Source: Craspedostauros australis
Lineage: Eukaryota
DNA: 36,835 nt
Direction: 5' to 3'
NCBI GenBank assembly: GCA_030167865.1
Contig: JALAGF010003060.1
Span: 1 to 36,835 of the forward strand
Under the pieces are notes generated by a model. That model had not been told where the DNA came from. It saw only the letters and a list, made by a program, of their open reading frames with translations, and ran no database searches. This document shows, piece by piece, positions 21,996 through 33,870 of this stretch. The position numbers and the translations under genes are program-made. Position 1 is the stretch's first letter. Each line of letters opens with the position of its first letter.

Positions 21996-24900
21996 ATGGA
22001 CAGCGGTCACCACGAGGTTCCGACGGCCTTTGCGGAGAACGGCCATGGCCACGGACCGCAGCATCGCTTCGGCGGCCTTGACCTGAATCTCGACTCCGCC
22101 TTGGACTTTGGCAGCAGTCTCAGCAGCAACCTCGCCAGCAAGATTGGCAATGCCCCATCGCTGCCACAGAAGGAGCGACTCGCGGCGGCCGCCAGCTGGG
22201 CATCGGAATGGATCCAGCAGCACTCGCGAACCAGACCACGGCTGCGCAAGGATCATCCCAATGCTGGCCGAACGGCCTACTCGCGACAGCGCGCCGTGCC
22301 GCAGAACATCGATCTGATCTACGTCACGGACCGTCTCATCTCCGCATCGGCGCCATCCAAGCCCTTGCATGCGACGTATCACGACACGGGACGCGATGGC
22401 GAAGACAGCGAGCACGAATTGAAGCCGGCCCAGTTCGCTTCGATGGCCATGCACGTTGCCGCAACCAGTCGGCCCATCGTCATGTCGTCTTCCGCGCCGA
22501 AGGCGGACCGACGATCGGTGCAGGATACGGAACGAGCAACGGCAGACCCACCATCTGCGGAAGGTACAACGCCAGCGACTCAAACAGCGACAGAGCCGAT
22601 CATGGAGAATCCTCAGGAGGGTGGTGACGATCATTCCGTGCAAGAACGACCAGCAACACACCATTCAGCGCAAGCCGAAGGATCATCTTGCGATGCATCA
22701 TCTCATGATAAGGACGAAACGAAGGGACCGTCAGATCCTGTTTTCATCCCCGTGGCGATGCCATTGCCAGCGCTACCAAACGAAACCATAGAGCGCGGTT
22801 TCTCGATGCAGATTCAAGCAGAGGCCATCAAGCTACCTTTGCCTGTCACACCAGATTCATCTATGATAGAAGACGATAACTCGAAGGAAGCATCTGCGAC
22901 ACCTTCGACCTCGCAGCCGGACAGTTCACCGTCACTCTCAGGCATCGAGATCGTGTCCAGCGTTCCAAGCAACGACGTTGAAAGTGATTGCGCCAACAGT
23001 CAAGCCGTCTCCAACAACTCGGAAGATGCAAGTCCAGTTCCAGCGCCTTTGCAAACGGATGTGTCCACATCATCCCGATCCAAATCCACCGAGTCGTCCA
23101 ACAACATGGAAAACAGCGCACAACAAATCATGGATGCGCCAACCAGTCCAGCGCCCCCGATGCAACATATGGCCAAATATCCTCCCGCACATCAGGATTT
23201 TGCTTTGGACGATCTGCTTGAAACTGCGAAGGCAACGTCTTTGCCAACGACGCATGGCCGTCAAAATGAAGCAGCCATGTATCCTCCTCAAACTGATCAG
23301 CATGCAACAGCGTGCGAGGATCAGCTCAGACTGGCAAAGGAAGCTGCCTTGCCAGCGCTGCATGAGTCAAGTCATCATGGCAGCAGCAAAGCAGCGGAAG
23401 GAGGACAACCGCAACAAGAGAATGGAAACGAAATCCAACCCTCATCATCTGCTACCATCGATTCTATCAAGTCGCAACCACCGACGCCGTCGCAGCCTTC
23501 CCATATCACAGACCCCAAAGATCAGAACTCCTCCACCGCAAAGAAGCCACGGCCCAACACCAGCACACCTTCTGCTCTGCCGCATAGAATATTCAATTCA
23601 GCAGCCAACATGTCGTCATTTCTGGAGCAGCAGCATGGTCTGGGACATTTCATGGCACTTGGACTCACGAACGACCCTCCGGATGACAGATTCCTCACCA
23701 TCTGGCGTCGGCAGGTCGTGCACGTCGGGTGGGCATCGCCATGTCCGGAGCGCAGCGAGATACCCACCATCCCGCACCTCCTCAAGATCTGCTGGATGAT
23801 CCACGCCTACCTATCGTCCAACCGCAACAACGTCATGACGATCTACTGCGCGAACGGAAAGACACGAACGTCCATCGTCCTCGGCTGCTACCTCAAATTC
23901 TGCGGACGCATGCAAACAACGATGGATGGATTCATCCATTCGTTGCGACAGCGTGGAGTCGAGGATCCGGTCCATCGCGTCGTTCCTCACCTGCCGCCAT
24001 CGTTGCTGCTCTTCATGCAGCACTTTGACGAAACCATCAACATGGGTTGCGTCCTCAACCGCAAACCGCTCCTCCTGCGGGCCATTGCCATCCAGGGCGT
24101 TCCCGTGGAAGACAAGCCGTGCTTGGATATTTGGGATTCGTCGCAAGATGATGCGCAACCAGGCAAGCACGTCTACTCGTCGCATCCAGAAATGTGGACC
24201 AAAGCAGATGCCGATTCATCCAATGCAAACGAACCCGCGACGGATCAAAATGAGGGTAGCAATGACAAAGCTCGTGCAAATACAAACGGAATTACAAGCA
24301 TAGATGTCAAAAACAATGCCAATATCAGCAGCAGCAACACCAGCAACAAGCCAAAGCGAACGGAACCCACATCACAGTGGGCCGACGAAGAAGGGTTCTA
24401 CAAAGTCAACAAGGTGGTGGAAGGCGATTTTGTACTTTTGTGCCGCTTCGGTGGCGACTACGCCAAGGAAACGACCATCCACGACCCCAGCAAGATCCTC
24501 TTCCGGTACGCATCGACCACTGCCTACCTGGCTGGCGGCGGCCCGCTCGAGCTGTCATCGCAGCATGTGGATTTGATGAAACGCTATCGAACGTCCCTCC
24601 AAAACGATGACTTCCTCATCACCTTCCTGTGGGAAGCCCATTGGGAGACGAAGTTGAATCACAACAACGACATTTCCGATGCACTGCAGCAGCGATTGCG
24701 AACCGATTCCGATCGACTTCTGCCCACCGCAGGTTCTCGCGTCTTTGATCGCGATGATCCCAGAACGATCGAGGAAGGTTGGAAGTTGATCTTCCGCCAT
24801 CACTGCGCTCGTCCCGAGACCATCGATCATGCTCGATTTGTGCGGTACTGTCCTCGCTACGCCAGCTGTCCCAAGCAAGTCTTATCCATCTGTTTGCAGC

Positions 24901-27900
24901 TGGCCAACTTTGACCTCGAGCTGGCTTCGCGTGCCCTGCAGTCGCAGAACTGGCGCGTCTTTGATTGGAATTCAATGACCAGCACGAGAGCGTCGTTGAC
25001 TCAAGGAGGTGATCAAATCGCCGACCACGATGCAAGGAACGAAGAGAAAGACGCTGCGCCATTTGATAATGATCGCGAAGGTGGCAAACCAACCGCCGAC
25101 CCTACCGCAAACGGCAACACCACTCAAGACGATGATCAGGCCAAGCCAGCCAGTCAGCCAATGAACGATGACATCTTCGCACTGCTGGATCAGGTCAATG
25201 CAGAGCTCGGCATTGATGGTGGCCATAGCCAAAGTGGGGAGGCCGCAGTAGAAGATACAGCAACCTCCAGCGCAGCAGGGTCAAAATCTCTCACAATTCG
25301 TGATCAACATAATGACGTACAGCGGTTTACGTTGTGCCTCCCGCCGATGCACTATCCCCAGGCAGGTGATATCGTTGGCGCCTTCGGGCCATACCACAAA
25401 CAGATGCAGCGGCCAGAATATGACAACCTTCAAATTGACAATGGGGACGCTCATGATCAGCCGCAGCTCCCGTTCTTTTCGAGACGACACCCCAACATGT
25501 TCCCTGCGATTTACCTGCAGCAACCAGACTCTCAGGAACGCACAGATCCCGACCTTAACAACCACATCCCGCGGTACAACGCAGACGAAGAAACCGCGAT
25601 TGACATCTTCATGAAGATCAATCACACGGGAGTATCCTTCGACGAAATCCGCGACATGATCCAGGAATCGCGCAAGTGGACTGGGTATGACATACTCGAA
25701 CCCGATCCAATGGAAGAAGAGGAGGAGGGAGAAGCCGACCCGACCGAGGAGGAAGCAACCGGCAACGCAGCGAAGTCTGCAAACAGCATGAACAAGGAGG
25801 CCAAGAAAAGTCAGCAAAAGAAATGGGAAGATGCCAAGAAAGCAGAAGCGAAAGAAAAGGAAGAGAAAAAGAAGCAGGAGGCAGATGCGAAGCAAAAGAA
25901 GGAGGCAGAGGAGAAAGCCAAGGCTAAGCCAGCCGAGGAAGGAGAGAAGAAAGAAGGAGAAGGCGAGGACGAGAAAAGTGCAACCGGTGACGATGTGCCG
26001 CTCAAGGACGATCCAGAATATGCCAAGTACTTCAAGATGCTCAAGATGGGAATGCAAAAGGAGCAAGTTATGCATGCCTTCCAACGAGACGGCAAGGATC
26101 CAAAAGTGCTGGATATGGATCCAAACAAAAGCCTCAAGTCTCAGCTGCCGAAGGATGACGTTCCAATCAAGGACGACCCCGATTACGAGAAGTACTTCAA
26201 GATGCTCAAGATGGGATTGCCGATCGGAGCAGTCAAGAATGCGCTCTCGCGAGACGGCAAAGACCCAAGCGTCATGGACCTTGACCCGAACAAGAGTCTG
26301 AAATCCCAACGCAAGCCAGCGGCTGCCACCGGCGGTGACGATGAAGATGACGGCCCCGCTCTCAAGGATGATCCAGAATATGCGAAGTACTTCAAGATGC
26401 TTGGCATGGGCCTTCCGAAGGGCGCCGTTCAGAACGCCCTCACCAGAGACGGCAAGGACCCTTCCATCATGGATCTGGATCCCAACAAGAGCGTCAAATC
26501 GCAGCTCAAGAAGGACGACGAAGCAGACACGGGGCCACCTCTGAAGGATGACCCAGAATACGCCAAATACTTCAAGATGCTTGGCATGGGCCTTCCGAAG
26601 GGTGCCGTTCAGAACGCCCTCACTAGAGACGGCAAAGATCCTTCCATCATGGACCTGGATCCCAACAAGAGCGTCAAATCCCAGATGGGTGGAAGCGAAG
26701 AAAAGGACACTGGCATCCCCCTCAAGGACGACCCCGACTACACCAAGTACTTCAAGATGCTCACCATGGGACTGCCCATGGGCGCGGTGAAGAATGCGCT
26801 GGAACGAGATGGCAAGAATGCTGCCGTCATGGATATGGATCCGAGCAAATCGGTCGCGTTCCAGCTCGCGAAGAAGGGATCAGGCGCGGCAAAGAAACCC
26901 TCGAAGAAGAAGAAACGGGTGCGACGTAAGAAGATCTACTGGACGCCAATCGACGAGAACAAGATCGAGGAGGATTCCATGTGGAATATCGTGCGTGGCA
27001 AATTCCGCATGAACGAGCTGTCGTACGATGCGAAGGAGTTCGAGGATCTGTTCACCGAGTCCGCCGATCCCGGACAAAAGAAGAAGAAGAAAGCCAGCAG
27101 CTCCTCCGCCAAGAAGAGCGTCCAGGTGATTGATGGCAAGCGCTCGATGAACGGTGGCATCATCCTTGCTCGATTGAAGATGGATTACACGAAGATATCG
27201 CAAATCGTGGACAAGATGTACGTATGGATTGGCAACGTTGTATGGTTTGCATTTCGTCGCTTCAAGCACCATTCATGCAACAACATCTCTGCAACAACAC
27301 CAAGCAACACAAACCTGACCACTCTCGTTCCCACTTCACGTGCATGTGCTACTTCACCGAATACTTCCACTCATCAATTTTTCGCGCCGGCTGACGCGAA
27401 ACATGCCATGCATGGTCTCCTGTTTCGATCCTTCATCTCTCTCTCTCACACACACGGCCGACTTGTTACACTTGTTCAGGGAGCACGGCAAGTTCGATGC
27501 GACCCAACTCAAAGCACTCAAGGAATTCCTCGCAGATGCAGACGAACGCCGTGGGCTGGTGGCGTACATGAAGAAGGGCGATTCATCTGAAGAAGCAAAG
27601 GCAAAGGCGATGGCCGATCTCAGCGAGGCTGAGAAGTACATGGTGACCATGATGGTGGTGAAGGACCCAGGGAAGAAGTTCGATGCCATGCTCTTCAGGA
27701 CCATCTTCAAATCGAGGTTCGAGGAGATGAAGACTGACATCAAGACGCTCAATCAGGCCTGTGACGAGGTGCGATCCTCGCAACGGCTGAGGAAACTGAT
27801 GGCCATGATCCTCACTGTTGTGAATGAAATCAACACTGGTGGTGAAGGAAAGATGGCCATCGGTTTCACGTTGGATGCGCTACTCAAGCTCAACGAGGCA

Positions 27901-30900
27901 AAGGCATTTGACAAGAAGACCAGCGTCTTGCACTACCTCGCAAAGCTTGTGAAGAAGAATGACATCGAGCTCTTGCGCTTCGACTCAGATTTGAAGAACG
28001 TCATCGCAGCCGAGAACGTGGTGATGGATGGACTGAGCGCTGATGTCAAGCTGTTGCTAGAAGATCTCGGTCCTGTGCACGAAACGGTCAAGGAGGAGGC
28101 AGACCGGCTGGAAAAGACTGGCGAACTGCGTCCGATGTCACTAGGCGAGCTCAAGGAACAAGTGACTGTCGTCCAGAACGTGGAGGGCGTGCAGCAATTC
28201 AACAAGGTCGATCACAAGTCGGGTCGTACCTCCATGGAACGGTTCACGGTCAACGCACAGACAGCTGCGGAACAAGCAGCTGACTCGATCCAGAAGGTCA
28301 AGAAGAAGTATCAGAAGTTGCTGGGATACTTTGGTGAAGACGACAAGATGCCATCAACAGACTTCTTCGGCACACTGAGGAGATTCATGACCGCATGGCA
28401 ACAGGCGATCGAACAAGTCGAAGCGATTGAGAAAGCAGCTGTAAGTTTTGGTCGGGGTGCATTGGATACATTGGATGGACTCTTGTTGATTTGGATGCGT
28501 GCGTAGATGTGCATTGGACTTGTGCTTGCGCCTTCATATTTGGATAGCTCCAGGGAGCATGTTGAATACAGTCACGGGACATGGGAAGTGTGCCAAGTTG
28601 AAGATTTATGCACATTACGGCTGAACACCCACCAACTCACCCAATTTTGACCAACTAATCACGCGCACATATGTGCACCTCGCTGCATGCCTTTCTTTAC
28701 TGCACCGAATTGCAGGCCAAGGAGAAGAAGAAAGCTGAGAAACGAGCTGCCAAAGAGGCTGCGAAAGCGGCGAAAGCTGCAGGCAAGGGAACGAAACCAG
28801 ACAAGGCGTCCACGGCGAAAAGTGCACCGATGGATCCCAAAGCTGCGCTCGCTGCAGCCATCGTCGCAAAGGGCAAGGGCGGCGGGCCATCAGATAAGAA
28901 GCAGGCGGCCGCCAAGCCCCAGGGAATCGGTGCTCTTGCCGCAGCCGCCGCTCTCAAGAAGAAACCAAAGAGAGATGAGAAGGCAATAGGCGACTCGAAA
29001 CCACAAGGTATTGGTGCTCTCGCGGCCGCAGCTGCACTCAAGAAGAGTTCGAGCAAAGGCAGCGACAAACCCAAGGAGCGCTCACGATCTGCGCTGGAGG
29101 ATGCGTTGATTGGACACAAGGCAGCAGATGAACCAACTGGCATCGCAGCATTCGCGTCGGCTGCCGCCGTTCTCAAGGCAAAGAGCACCCAGTACGATGA
29201 AAAGGGCGAGCTCATTTCCAACCGCGACGACGAGAACGTGTCGGAAAGCGTGAAATCCTTCGCAGCCAAGGCAGCGGCGTACAGGAAGAAACGTGGAAAG
29301 AAGGACGACAAGGATGGCGACACGGGCAGCAGCAGGCATAGCCGAACAGCGTTTGACTTGGATGATGACATGCCAGATTCTCAGCACAAGAACCTTAGGT
29401 TTGCTGGATCCATGCATGGCACGCCAGGCAGAAGAAATGAAGCACCTGGTACGTCGAATGCAGATCACGCCGCCAATACAGCAGAATCCAAATCGACCCC
29501 ATCCCTGTCAACGCCGTCCCGAAACAGAGACGACGATGGCGCCCGACAAGGCACGCCAGAGGGATCGAAATTCCTATCATCCGCGGCGCGATACCGTCGT
29601 AAGAAGTCGCAGCGAAAGCTCAGCGTCGGAGGCGATGGAATTGGCAACGACGATGTCGCCAACGCTGCAAAGGAGGCAACCAAACAGCAGCAGCAGCAAA
29701 TCGACGAGGCTCATGCTGGTGGCAAGTCAAATGCAAAGGCTCCGGGTGCGCCTGCAGCTCTGACAGAGGCAGTCAGCTCACCCAAAATGACTGTCGATGA
29801 ACCCATCTCAGAGCTGATTTCACCGCTGAGATCACCTTCGCGCGCTGTCGAGTCCAGGAAACTGGCCGGCTCATCAAACGCCTCCCAGAATGGGAACGGA
29901 GCTATCATCGCCAATAGTCCGGTGGATGGACTCGCCAGCCTTCCAACTCTGCAGAAGCCGAGCAAGGGAGGTCTCGATTTTCCCGTCCAATCAGCAAAGA
30001 GCAAGAAGGGACCTTCGCTTTCCTCCTTCCTTGCGCAAAATTCCAGGCCGAGGCACAAGAGTTCCGGTGGTTCCAACGAATCGCCCACCTCAGCCAATGG
30101 TCAAGAACCTGGACCGCGGCCCAAACCCCTCGCGGTCTTCTTGAACCAAGCGCAGGATGTCGACGACGATGCGTCGTTGGTGTCGTACGATCCGAGATTC
30201 AAGAATTTCGATGATTCTTCAGTCGCCAACTTTACCGTATCCACGGAGACGGACGAAAACCGAGGAAAGGCCGGTGGTCAGAATTCATCGGCGTGGAAGC
30301 AGGGCGATACGATCGCCAACTGGAGCACCTGGGCTACGCAGCTGGTCAACGATTCCGACACTCAAAGCGTTGCCAACTTCGAGGCAGGCCGAGACCTTGC
30401 CGACCCCAACGACTTCGATGACGATTCGACGATTGCCACAACGACGACCTACATGGACGACATGAACATGGACGGCGAAAGCAGCTACAATTACCGCCAA
30501 ACGCAGTATCAATACAGCGGGCAGAATGAGTATGCTGGCCAACAGAGTGTTGGGATTTCCGACTATTTCCAACCACAGCCACTGCCTCCAAGCAACGACG
30601 ATCCGTACGCCTACGACGATGGCAGGAACAGCGAACCAACGACACCATCGGGAAACATCCACAAGATTGCGAAGTCCATCTTGCAGGATGACACATCCTC
30701 ACAGGGAAGCGGACCACCGATCGTCACACCTGCCAAGGTCGCAGCGTCCATCCTGTTCACCGATTCCCCAGCCAGCTCCACAGGTTACGCGCCTGGGCAG
30801 GAAGACCTCGCGGGAGCATACCAAGGCGACGAAGAACAGGAACAATACACATCGATGGAAGCCGCGGCTGTTTATTACGGAGACGCCGGGTTGGACGCCG

Positions 30901-31076
30901 GACTTTCGTTTGGCGCGCCCGCAAATCCTGGCCTCGACGATGGTCTCATGGCGTTCGGTGAAACGACCGACATGGACGCCGTCGGCGCGGGAATTGACAT
31001 GCCGTCCTTGGCGGATGCCTCGTCATCCCAGCACCAAGGGGGCGACAAGAAGAAGAGCTGGCTTCCTTGGGGATAG
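21996..31076 (+). CDS. Formin (PTEN-like phosphatase - C2 - UBA/CUE-like - 5x CCDC53-like repeats - FH2 - long disordered tail); exons 21996-27217, 27480-28440, 28716-31076; ~2847 aa
   Basis: FH2 motifs: KKIYW...SMW (lasso), EFEDLF, VIDGKRSMNGGIILARLK, LSEAEKYM, ILTVVNEIN...AIGFTLDALLKLNEAK...SVLHYL, YFGED...FFGTLRRF. PTEN-like motifs: IDLIYVTDRLIS, SFLEQQH, IYCANGKTRTSIVLGCYL. C2-like motifs: KPLLLRAIAIQGVP, VEGDFVLLC, ILFRY. The track start at 21936 is TTG; the first ATG is 21996. Two GT-AG introns join three track ORFs in frame. Confidence 0.92.
25989..26867 (+). repeat. Five tandem ~55-65 aa coding repeats within the formin (PLKDDPEYAKYFKMLxMGLPxGAVxNALxRDGKDPSxMDLDPNKS)
   Basis: Visible directly in protein and DNA. 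Units start at ~25989, 26154, 26349, 26526 and 26706. Units 3 and 4 have identical core peptides at a 180-bp period, with mostly synonymous differences. Confidence 0.95.
27218..27479 (+). other. Formin intron 1 (262 bp, phase 2)
   Basis: AAG AT|GTACGT ... TTCAG|G GAG CAC gives IVDKMEHGKFDATQL, which continues FH2. Confidence 0.88.
28441..28715 (+). other. Formin intron 2 (275 bp, phase 0)
   Basis: GCA GCT|GTAAGT ... CTAAT branch-like site (~28655) ... TGCAG|GCC AAG GAG gives EKAAAKEKKK, which continues the post-FH2 helix. Confidence 0.85.
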
Positions 31077-32070
31077 AATCATGCATGATTGTATGAATAC
31101 GAGCGGTGGTAAATGTTGGAACTGGCGACAAGCAAAAATGCCAACAAGTGCTCCACCAGTGGAATGGTACGCGCACTCTTACGCCTGAGCGAAAATAGCA
31201 CACCCAAGTCCGCGTCGCATCCGCGTCGCATCCGCGATCCTAAGATAAACTTCACGAGGCTTTTACATATACTTCCTGTAGATATATGTGGAAGAATTAC
31301 ATTATTATACCTTAGATTGGATGGGTTAGGAGGTCATGAAGGTACCTATTCTGTCGTGTTGTATCGTGCTTTAGATTCAGCTTTTGGCATGCGGCATGGG
31401 AAAGGCTCGTCACTGGCTCCAAACTTGGTGTTGACGAGCGGCGAAAATGTCCTCCTGAGGAGACACCGACATTAACAGCGGTTATGGAGGCGTTAAATGG
31501 GGCACTTGAGGTGATAACATGCGTATCAGCTAAAGGCCATGGGGAGTGCAAAGCACCGTGTCCTGTGCCCATACCATTCTTAGTTTACCCTTCAATTCCA
31601 TGTCTTTTCCCACCAGGATGGTTTGCTTTTTCCTCTCTCAGACGGACTTCAGCAAGGCGGCCAAAGCTGTTGGCAAGTTCTGTGCACAGATGACTCTTGC
31701 ACTGTATGATACAACATAATACAATACAGGGTACTTACTTAAAAAAAAGACTGATCATATCTGAAAATGAAGTATGTAGATGATTGGTATTGTGTGTGCT
31801 CGAGTAGATGATGATTAAGTCAATGAAAGCTGGCCCTATTCTGATCTGTTCAAGTCAGAATTGTGAGCATGAAGAGTGCAATGCAAGATGATGATGAAGA
31901 AAAGAGATTGCACAAGTTGCTCACAGAAATACTGCTGTGAAATGATGCCTTGCACTGTTGGATTCACATGTGAGAGGAAGTGCATGTTTGCAAGTGCAGA
32001 GGTAAAAGCAAGATCAGATGGCACGTTCTGGTCCACGATGACCAGTACCGCCATAATTGTGAAGCTGTGC

Positions 32071-32202
32071 AATTGAGGACTTCTTATTCAGATATATTGG
32101 ATGAACCAATGCATCTGAATTGCAAGGTGTCAACAAGATGGTGTGGAATTGAGGAATCAATATTCAGATATATTGGATGAACCAATTTATCTGAATTGCA
32201 AG
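32071..32202. repeat. Two direct copies of a 56-bp unit with internal palindrome, separated by 20 bp
   Basis: 32071-32126 aattgaggacttcttattcagatatattggatgaaccaatgcatctgaattgcaag; 32147-32202 aattgaggaatcaatattcagatatattggatgaaccaatttatctgaattgcaag. Confidence 0.92.
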
Positions 32203-32329
32203 CCAGTCTGCAACATGAGAAAGCGATCACATACTGGGGTTTGTGGTAATTTTAGATATCAAGACATTACAATTCATCACACACGAAGAACTCGTGACTG
32301 AATCAGTATTCGTCCTGTGGTACACAAAT

Positions 32330-33870
32330 ACTACACGACTCATTTGCATGGCACCAATGACGAGTGTAGTTGGAGTGTTGGATGTGTTATTAACTCTCAC
32401 AGCTCTGCACTGATCCTCATGGTTCAGTGTTCTGAGGACAGACCCACTGTTTTTTCTACTCCGCTTTTGAACTGCTGTTGCTTTGAAATGTATTACATCA
32501 CAACACTCAGCATTCTGTTGAAGTTGCAATCAAGTGGTTGCAGCTGTTGTTGTTGGAATTTGCTGTTGGATTCCCTGTCATCATTAAAGCAGGTTGGATC
32601 TCCAATGCATTGCTGTAGTGATGCTGTTGCTGATGGTCAAAAAGGGAATCGAAGAGGTTTGCAATTCAAAAGATCTGAAGAGAATAGCACTCAGTGTGTT
32701 TGAATCAGATCAATCATGGTACAGATACAGGCAATGATTCATTGATGAAGACAAAGAGGAGGAGGAGGTCATTGTAGTCATTGAGGTTGGAATGTTGTGT
32801 GATGCTATTTTCGAGAATCAATTTGGGACATCGGACGTTTGGAGATAGTCTGTCCCTGACTGAATTCCAACTATTGCCGATATTTCCATTCTGTTTGTTC
32901 GCTTCACGTTCTGTACGTGCACTAGGCTGCGAATTGACACGTATCATGACGAATTGGACTATGCCTAGTTCATACAATGCACCATACGACCATTCAGTAT
33001 AGAATCGTCCTGCTCTACATATTCTTCTCCCCAGATGAATCCAATTCTTTTCGCTGGTCACATCCAAACAGAGAAGGCAGCCAAAGGGGAGCCATGTGCA
33101 TCGAGGAATGATACGCAGCAGAGTAGGTATTATATGCTCTATCATTTCGCCTGCGAGAGCAGAGACACACTTCCCCCTGTCTTGCCAAGAAATGGCTGAG
33201 ACCGAAGTAACCGGTGGTTCATTGTCACGATGCTTCAAGTACGAACGTGCCTCGAGTATTCCCACGTGTGTGTATGAGTATGTGGGGACGATGATTGGCT
33301 GTGCTTCTTCGTCGTCATTCGTGAAGAGAGCAGGATGCGTAGTCGTGATCACTCCAATCGAATCAAGAAGAATAAGGAGTCATTGAGTGTCTACTACACG
33401 AATACGAGACAAGGATCCCGCGTTGATGGAACAGTCATACTCCTTGCACAAGGAAACACCTGGCATCGCCTTCCACTCTTAGCCTCTCGTATTATTCTTG
33501 CTCTTGTCCTTGCTCTTGCTCGTGACATACGACTGCGAACAAAGGCATTGCGAAAGAGAGTGAAAGTTGTCATGGTCCACCATTCGTGGTTGTATACCTT
33601 GACCAAGAGAATGAGTGTGATACGCCACGATTTGCAGAAGTGTTTCGTGGGAGAGATCCTTTTCGTTCTATTCTATTATACTTCGGACTGTGGAGGTATC
33701 GAGCCGCATAAGTCTCCGCTCCTCCTTGTGTGTTATGTGCAGCATCGGCGGCTGAACTGTGTTTGGAGTGGAACGCCAAAAACGTCTTCTGTTGGGTCGC
33801 CCCGAACATCGCCCATGCATTTTTCCGTGTTTCTCATTTGGAAGAAACAGTCAGAATTGTCAAGAGCGTG
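32330..33870 (-). pseudogene. Possible decayed reading frame (pseudogene or transposon ORF relic) in a CpG-depleted island
   Basis: The frame of ORF 32714-33352 continues upstream to ~33850 through only three stops (TGA ~33380, TAA ~33480, TAG ~33670). Downstream at ~32330-32640 a coiled-coil-like peptide (SLQQCIGD...KFQQQQLQPLDCNFNRMLSVVM*YISKQQQF) is interrupted by stops. No recognisable domain; boundaries are approximate. Confidence 0.3.

Noticed and set aside
25281-26309. 342-aa hydrophobic antisense ORF
   Set aside because: Mirror of the K/E-rich formin segment; the L/F richness is an antisense artefact.
27340-31076. ORFs 27340-28506 and 28671-31076 as separate genes
   Set aside because: Canonical splice sites join them in frame to the formin and complete FH2.
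32071-32202. CRISPR array
   Set aside because: Only two imperfect repeats, longer than the 20-bp spacer, in a eukaryotic context with no cas genes.
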